A stretch of DNA of 64,000 nucleotides from an uncultured delta proteobacterium (GTDB taxonomy: Bacteria > Desulfobacterota > Binatia > Binatales > Binataceae), in the NCBI GenBank assembly GCA_963711565.1, contig CAVQEQ010000004.1, positions 992,001 to 1,056,000 of the forward strand. The letters run 5' to 3'. The first letter of the stretch is position 1. Every line of letters begins with the position of its first letter. The position numbers and the translations under genes are program-made. The notes beneath the pieces are model-generated. The model saw only the letters and a program-made list of their open reading frames with translations. It had not been told where the DNA came from and did not search any database. This document shows, one piece after another, positions 58,254 through 64,000 of this stretch.

Positions 58254-59975
58254 ATGTCGCCAAACACGCGCGCCTCTGAAGAATCCGTTTCTCGTTTCAA
58301 AGGAATCGACGCGGCGCTGCTCGCGCTCCTGCTCGCGCTCGCGATGCTCCTCATCGCCGACTCGGGATTTGTCAGCGGACAGGAGTTGTGGCCGATGCCC
58401 GACGCGGTCGAATACGCCGCGCTTGCCGTCAACCTCGATCGCGGCCTGGGCCCGGTACTCCATTTCGGCGGGGATACTTATCCGAGCCGCTACACCATCG
58501 GCTATCCACTGATCCTCGCCGCGGCCTATCCAATTCTGGGCCGCAAGCCCGAGCGGCTATGCCTCGTCACGGCGCTGACGGCATTGATCGCGATCGCCGG
58601 CCTATACCTGCTGACGCTGTGGGTATTCGATCGGCCGAGCGCAATGGTGGCCAGTCTGCTGCTGGCTACCTCGCCACATTTTCTCGGACTTTCCACTTGC
58701 GTGCTGAGCGACGTTCCTTCGCTCGCCGTCGTAATCCTCGCGGTGCTGGCATTTTCATATGCCGAGGAAAAACAAAGCCTGATTGCGTCAGCGCTGTGCG
58801 GGATTCTGGTCGGCCTGGCCGTCACAATCCGTGTCACCAACGGCGCCATTTTGATCGGAATGCTCGCGGCGGCATTGCTCGTGCAACCGCGGAGAGCGCA
58901 ATTCGCGCGAGTGACCGCGTTCGCGATCGGATTCGTCGCATTTCCAGGATTGCAGGTTGGGCTGAATCTGCATTACCTCGGTTCGCCGCTGTCGAACGGT
59001 TACGCGTTCTGGCAGCCGGATGTTTACAGCTCATTTTTCACCGCCTTTGATCCGCGCTACCTCTTTGTCCCTTGGGATCCGTCGCATCGGCACGGAAATT
59101 TCGTCGCTTATGCGATCGCGATGCTCGGTCTCGACGGCATCTTCGGCCAGCTTAATTTGGGCGCTGAGTCACGAACGTTATTTCGCGCGCGCTACGGGTT
59201 CTACCCGTTTCCGGTGGTGCTGTTCGCAGGGTTGGGCGTGTTCCTGGCGATGCGCCGCAAGCGCGACGCACTTACGATGCGCACAGTGATTTTGGGCTTG
59301 AGCTTTCTCGCCGCGCTGTTGCTGGTTTACCTCCCTTATTTCTATGTCGATCCCCGTTTCTTGCTGCCGGCGTTGTTCATCGTTTTTGCCGCGGCAGGCT
59401 ACGGGCTGATCAGCGCAAATCGAAAGCTCGAGCGCGGATGGGCTGGATTTGTGGCGATTGCCCTCGACGTGGTTGTCGCCGGAGCGATCGTGGTGCAGAC
59501 GCTTTCGCGGCTTGCGATGCCGCTGCCACGGGATTCGAGGCTCGTTGCCGACGTGCTCGCGCTCCGGCCCCGGCTCAGCAACGCCGTGCTGGTCAGCGAC
59601 ATTTCTCTACAGTGGCTCGAACTTTATGCGGGCGGAGAAGGAACCGAATTTGTCGGCCTCCGCAGTCATTTTGGCGCGCAACCGGTCAACGAAGAACATT
59701 TGCACTGGCTCTACGAGAAAAGGTCCAAAGGATGGTCCGGGCCGACGCCGCCAATATTGCTCCTTCCCGATGGTGGCCTCGACCCGGCCGAGGCGCGCCG
59801 GCTCGCCGACGAGGACAAGCAGGGACGCCCGGTTTACCTGCTCGTCTTGAATGCCACCTCCAGCGAATGGTTGGGGGTGCTCAAGCGGGAGGTCGCCGAG
59901 ATCGATCGCGGCTTCGCGCTCGAAAGGATCGCGCACTATCCCGAAATGGGGCTTTACCGTTTGCGGCCGCGCTAG
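58254..59975 (+). CDS. GT-C fold (PMT/ArnT-like) membrane glycosyltransferase
   Basis: PDAVEY loop after TM1, GYP, LSDVP, DPRFLLP; ~11 TM plus soluble C-terminus. Confidence 0.75.
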   Translation: MSPNTRASEESVSRFKGIDAALLALLLALAMLLIADSGFVSGQELWPMPDAVEYAALAVNLDRGLGPVLHFGGDTYPSRYTIGYPLILAAAYPILGRKPERLCLVTALTALIAIAGLYLLTLWVFDRPSAMVASLLLATSPHFLGLSTCVLSDVPSLAVVILAVLAFSYAEEKQSLIASALCGILVGLAVTIRVTNGAILIGMLAAALLVQPRRAQFARVTAFAIGFVAFPGLQVGLNLHYLGSPLSNGYAFWQPDVYSSFFTAFDPRYLFVPWDPSHRHGNFVAYAIAMLGLDGIFGQLNLGAESRTLFRARYGFYPFPVVLFAGLGVFLAMRRKRDALTMRTVILGLSFLAALLLVYLPYFYVDPRFLLPALFIVFAAAGYGLISANRKLERGWAGFVAIALDVVVAGAIVVQTLSRLAMPLPRDSRLVADVLALRPRLSNAVLVSDISLQWLELYAGGEGTEFVGLRSHFGAQPVNEEHLHWLYEKRSKGWSGPTPPILLLPDGGLDPAEARRLADEDKQGRPVYLLVLNATSSEWLGVLKREVAEIDRGFALERIAHYPEMGLYRLRPR

Positions 59976-59988
59976 TCCGCGCGCGCAC

Positions 59989-60039
59989 GCGAAGCACGGA
60001 TCGGAAGCCGCGATCAATCGCTACAACCAGCGTCGTTAG
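59989..60039 (+). pseudogene. Orphan copy of the pth 3' end (AKHGSEAAINRYNQRR*)
   Basis: Aligns with 58170-58220 (AANGLEAAMNRYNQRS*). Confidence 0.85.
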
Positions 60040-60279
60040 AGTACATTGAGCGACTTCATTAATAACAAATTGTCTCTAACTCTAATCATTCTGTTGACTT
60101 AGCGACGGACCCCGCGCTAAGCATCACTTCATTGGAATCCTCGTCGCGTTGGTGCGGGTAAGGTTTCGCGTCCCGCTCGAATAGCAGCGCTGTTCGCGCA
60201 GATGCGAGAGGGGCCTGATTGGCCCCGTCGCCCACGCGCTTCGTTCGGGTTCGTAATCTTTACCTCGGATAGGGCTGCC

Positions 60280-60768
60280 ATGTTTGACGAAAACAAGACC
60301 CGCTTCAAAAGTGCGGAGGAAGCTCTTCGCTTTTATTTCCGTTTGCGCGAGCTGCTTTACAGCGGACGGTCGCGACGCCTGGTGGCGGACGAGTTGCCGA
60401 CCAATGCCTGCGCGGTAGCGCTCAACGCGATCGACGACTACCAATGCATCGGCTGGTGCATGCGCAGTCTCGATCAGATCGCCCTGTGGCTGCTCAGCGA
60501 ACTTTACGGGCCGACTTGCTTCGGCGTGCATCGGCGAACGCTCTCGCACGCCCGCCGGGCCGGCAGGCTCGAGTTCCCCGAGCGCGAGTTTCGCCTGCGC
60601 GAGGTCGGCCTGATCCACGAGCACGCACTCGGCGTTGTGAAGCGAGGCTTGCGCGAACTCGGCATGATCCCCGCCCGTCAAGTGAAAGCCGTGCGCGATC
60701 GCCGCGGGATGATCGCCGTGGGCAAACGGACCGATTTCCAGGGCTCCCGCGCGGCCGAGCGCGGATAG
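60280..60768 (+). CDS. Hypothetical protein
   Basis: MFDENKTRFKSAEEALRFYF..., plausible codon usage. Confidence 0.65.
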   Translation: MFDENKTRFKSAEEALRFYFRLRELLYSGRSRRLVADELPTNACAVALNAIDDYQCIGWCMRSLDQIALWLLSELYGPTCFGVHRRTLSHARRAGRLEFPEREFRLREVGLIHEHALGVVKRGLRELGMIPARQVKAVRDRRGMIAVGKRTDFQGSRAAERG

Positions 60769-60876
60769 TTTCGCGATCGGAAGTCAGGGAGCGCCGGCAG
60801 GCTATTCCGCGCCGTCAAAATTCCTGTACCCTTGAGCATCTATGGCTCTGGGCGAACGGATTTGACGAAGCGAAAC

Positions 60877-62061
60877 GTGAAGGAAGATCAGGCGAATGAA
60901 CAGGCTGCCGCGTTCGCGCGCGGCACCGCGGAGGTTATTTCTCCGACGGAGCTTGCCGCCAAAATCGCGCTCGGCCGGCCCCTCAGGATCAAGCTCGGGA
61001 TGGATCCGACCGCGCCCGATCTGCATCTCGGTCACAGCTTGACGCTCAAGAAGCTGCGCGAGTTTCAGGATGCGGGCCACACCGTAATTTTCCTGGTCGG
61101 CGACTTCACCGCGATGATCGGCGATCCAACTGGACGCTCCGAGACGCGCAAGCCCCTCTCGCGCGACGAGATCGAGCGCAACGCTGATACCTATCGCGAA
61201 CAGGCTTACCGGATTCTCGATCGCGAGCTGACCGAGGTCCGCTTCAACAGCGAATGGATGAACGAATTGGACGTGGCGAAGCTGATCGAAGTTGCGGCGA
61301 AGGTGAGCGTCGCCCGCCTGCTCGAGCGCGACGACTTCGAGAAGCGCCTCGGCGCCGAGGAGCCCCTGTTCCTGCACGAGCTGCTGTATCCCGTGATCCA
61401 GGGTTACGATTCTGTCGCGCTGAAAGCGGATCTCGAAATTGGCGGCACCGATCAGAAGTTCAACATGCTGGTCGGGCGCGATCTGCAACGGCATTTTGGA
61501 CAGGCGCCGCAAGCGGTGATGACGATGCCGCTGCTCGAAGGTCTCGACGGCGTGCGCAAAATGTCCAAGTCGCTCGGCAACTACGTCGGCCTGACCGACA
61601 AACCCGTGGACATGTATGGCAAGCTGATGTCGGTGCCCGATAAGTTGATGGTTCGCTATTACGAGCTGCTGACGACGGCCACGCCTGAGGAGATCGCGGC
61701 GGTGAAATCAGGCGCGATGCATCCGATGGAAGCGAAGAAACGTCTTGCCCGCACCATCGTCACCGAATATCACGGTGCGCCCGCCGCGACTCGCGCCGAG
61801 GAATACTTCGAGAGCAAGCACCAACGGCGCGAAGTTCCCACAAGCGCGCAGGTGTATCGAATCGCCGAGGACCTTTGGATTTGCGAGCTGATGAAGCAGC
61901 TACAGTTCACGCCTTCGACCAGCGAGGCGCGCCGCCTTGTCAGCCAGGGCGCGGTGCGGGTTAACGGCCGCACGATTACCGACGTGAATTTTCGCTTCGT
62001 TCCCGGAGAGCACAAAGTGCTCGAAGTGGGCAAGCGCCGCGTCGCGCGAATCGAGCCCTGA
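60877..62061 (+). CDS. tyrS: Tyrosine--tRNA ligase
   Basis: GMDPTAPDLHLGH, IGDPTG, QGYD, GGTDQ, KMSKS, C-terminal S4 domain. Confidence 0.97.
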   Translation: MKEDQANEQAAAFARGTAEVISPTELAAKIALGRPLRIKLGMDPTAPDLHLGHSLTLKKLREFQDAGHTVIFLVGDFTAMIGDPTGRSETRKPLSRDEIERNADTYREQAYRILDRELTEVRFNSEWMNELDVAKLIEVAAKVSVARLLERDDFEKRLGAEEPLFLHELLYPVIQGYDSVALKADLEIGGTDQKFNMLVGRDLQRHFGQAPQAVMTMPLLEGLDGVRKMSKSLGNYVGLTDKPVDMYGKLMSVPDKLMVRYYELLTTATPEEIAAVKSGAMHPMEAKKRLARTIVTEYHGAPAATRAEEYFESKHQRREVPTSAQVYRIAEDLWICELMKQLQFTPSTSEARRLVSQGAVRVNGRTITDVNFRFVPGEHKVLEVGKRRVARIEP

Positions 62062-62073
62062 CGCGCCGGGCGC

Positions 62074-62337
62074 TCAGTCGCCTTTATTCTTCTCGGCCGC
62101 CGCTACCGCTTCGCGCAGCTTTTCCATCGTGCGCCCGAGCGCCTTCGTGTAGCGCTGCTTGGTCCAGGTCTCCTTGGTGCGCATCTTGAGCCAGCCGAGC
62201 TTCACCGCGTCGGGCTTGTTGCCCATCTCGCCGGTCGAAACCTCGATGATCGCGCGCTCCTCGGTGTTGAGCGAGTCGAGCACTTCGCGCTTGAGGTTCT
62301 GCAGAAATCCGGACTTGAGGTCGATATCGATCTTCAT
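62074..62337 (-). CDS. Hypothetical protein
   Basis: 87-aa ORF with strong genome-like codon bias. Confidence 0.7.
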   Translation of the reverse strand: MKIDIDLKSGFLQNLKREVLDSLNTEERAIIEVSTGEMGNKPDAVKLGWLKMRTKETWTKQRYTKALGRTMEKLREAVAAAEKNKGD

Positions 62338-62485
62338 CGAAAACGCACTTCCATCACCAAAGCCTAGACCATCGCATGCGCGCCCTCAACGGGTGGCAGC
62401 AACGATCGTCCGCCAGCGGCACGCATCGAGTTCCCGAAAAGGAATCGGCGTGCCGCCGGCATGGGGAGCGGAAGCGCGAGCTCGG

Positions 62486-62920
62486 CTACTCTTCGTCGAC
62501 CGCCTGCCGAATCGCGTTTAGAATGAACAAATACTGATTCGGCCCCGACACGCGGCCGAGCATGTTCACGGTTTTAAGAACCCTGAGTTCCTGCTCCGTC
62601 ACCTTGTGACGCGCGAGCGTCCCGCGATCGCCGGCAAACCGGCGCCATGCGTCTTCGCGCCGCTTGGACGGTGAGGCCTCCGGCCGCTCGGTGACGATCC
62701 AATGCGCCTCAGGATGCGCCAGCAGGAACAGCCGCTTCTTGTCGAGTTCGAGCGTATCCGCGATCCGCGACAGCAGCGAGAGCGAAGGGCGCCGCCGTCC
62801 GTTTTCGAGGTAGGCGACGTGGCTGGCCTTGACGCCGAGTTTGCGCGCCAGTTCACGCTGTGTGTAAGCGTAGGCGCCGCGCCGCTGTTTGAGGACCTGA
62901 CCAAGAGTTTCTTTTTTCAT
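62486..62920 (-). CDS. XRE-family HTH transcriptional regulator
   Basis: TQRELARKLGV..SHVAYLENG.RRPS. Confidence 0.88.
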   Translation of the reverse strand: MKKETLGQVLKQRRGAYAYTQRELARKLGVKASHVAYLENGRRRPSLSLLSRIADTLELDKKRLFLLAHPEAHWIVTERPEASPSKRREDAWRRFAGDRGTLARHKVTEQELRVLKTVNMLGRVSGPNQYLFILNAIRQAVDEE

Positions 62921-63346
62921 AGTTCGTCGTCCGCCCATAGTGCCCGTAGGGGTCTCGCGTAGTGGATGTTACCGGTCAGGTGTTGAGAACACCGACCGAT
63001 CGATAGTGAAATGCCAAAATCGCCTTTGCTCAAATTCTGCGGTTCTCGGATCGGCTTCTCAGCGCAAACTTTAATCGCGGCCGGTTTCGCGGCCCGATTT
63101 CAAAATCGCTTCAGCCACCATACATGCGTCTGAGCGTTCGTTCAGTTTTCAGCGCTTTGACCAACAGTCTCATACTTATGCACATAAAGTCCACACCGAC
63201 AACTCTTCGCGCGGCAAGAGTTACAAGAATATTAACAGAACGAATGGCCCGTTAGCGCGTTCGATGACAGTTTGACTCTGGTAGAAAGACTGCAAGTTAC
63301 GGAACAACGGTAAATTTTACAATCTGCGTTGTTCGGAACTTCGAGG

Positions 63347-63822
63347 CTATCCGGCTGATGGCGGTGGAAGATGTGGCTTCTGGCAGGTGCCGCCCGCGGC
63401 GCAATTGAGACCGGCGCCAAAATAAATCGCGCCCGCCTTCACCGGATAGAACAGATAGTCGAGCGGCGTCTGAATCGGATCGAACCGCTGCGGTGGCCCT
63501 GCCGCAGCTGCCTCGGCCTGAGTTTGTTCCTCGACATGCTGCTGGGTATTGGTCTCGACATCCTGCACGCTCGCCAGGCGCTCGTCGGATCCGAAGATTG
63601 CGGCTTTGCCCGGCTCGAGCCAGACGTAGCGTAGCACGGTGGCGCCGCTATGGTTGGGGTCCGCGACGTTGTCCTTGAGGTCGGGCTCGCCCATCGACTG
63701 TACCGTTTGAGCCGGCGTCATCCCGGGAGTCAGCGACCCGCTCTTGACCGTCGAGCACGCGACGACAAATAGCGCGATCAGCCCGACCGCCGCGCGTGCA
63801 AGAAGTGTCTGCATCGTCATCA
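63347..63822 (-). CDS. Putative lipoprotein
   Basis: VVAC lipobox, GMT..Q....MGEP (BamE/SmpA-like); start uncertain. Confidence 0.65.
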
Positions 63823-63901
63823 TTCGATACCTCAAGACTCGTATGGAGCTAACATACGAAAACATCTGCGGCAACCTGACCGCCCATCATTGTCGTCGCC
63901 G

Positions 63902-64000
63902 TCATTTTGTAGAAGTCGAATCCGCAGTGCCGGGCGCGGGCGCGGCGACCGCTGGAATCGCGGACATTGTCGTCGGCGCCGGTTGAGAACTGCACGCGCT
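63902..64000 (-). CDS. 3' part of a small putative lipoprotein (starts outside window)
   Basis: SACSSQPAPTTMSAIPAVAAPAPGTADSTSTK*. Confidence 0.45.
   Translation of the reverse strand, partial: SACSSQPAPTTMSAIPAVAAPAPGTADSTSTK

Noticed and set aside
60040-60280. Possible structured leader or ncRNA (T-box, riboswitch) upstream of the hypothetical gene and tyrS
   Set aside because: No T-box or known riboswitch consensus recognised; only short GC stems.
62921-63346. Lower-GC 400-bp gap with a hairpin upstream of the XRE regulator
   Set aside because: No convincing ORF, repeat or RNA motif; probably an ordinary promoter region.

Overview
High-GC bacterial chromosomal window. The gene content suggests a Deltaproteobacteria-like lineage such as Candidatus Binatota, which is an inference. 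It is mostly housekeeping genes: clpP, copA, gshB-rsmE-prmA, dnaG, rnpB, rmuC, clpS-clpA, nadB, pgsA, xfp-pgm-ackA, an Ecm/MeaA-like mutase, fabH-fabF, tkt-pgl, typA, hisC, pth, tyrS, and four tRNAs (Phe, CAT, Gly, Cys). Small accessory inserts and at least three families of palindromic repeats sit between them. I found no CRISPR array, integrase or transposase. The most unusual signal is at 24961-27024. Between convergent clpA and nadB lie two cargo cassettes in tandem (GrpB; DUF559 endonuclease plus DsbA-like), each opening with the same hairpin repeat. They are separated by back-to-back, synonymously recoded orphan copies of the last codons of nadB and clpA. A second orphan recoded gene tail (pth) closes the glycosyltransferase insert at 58254-60039. 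Together these suggest cargo is repeatedly acquired by replacing the last ~50 bp of core genes. All product calls are from motif recognition by eye; no database search was run.
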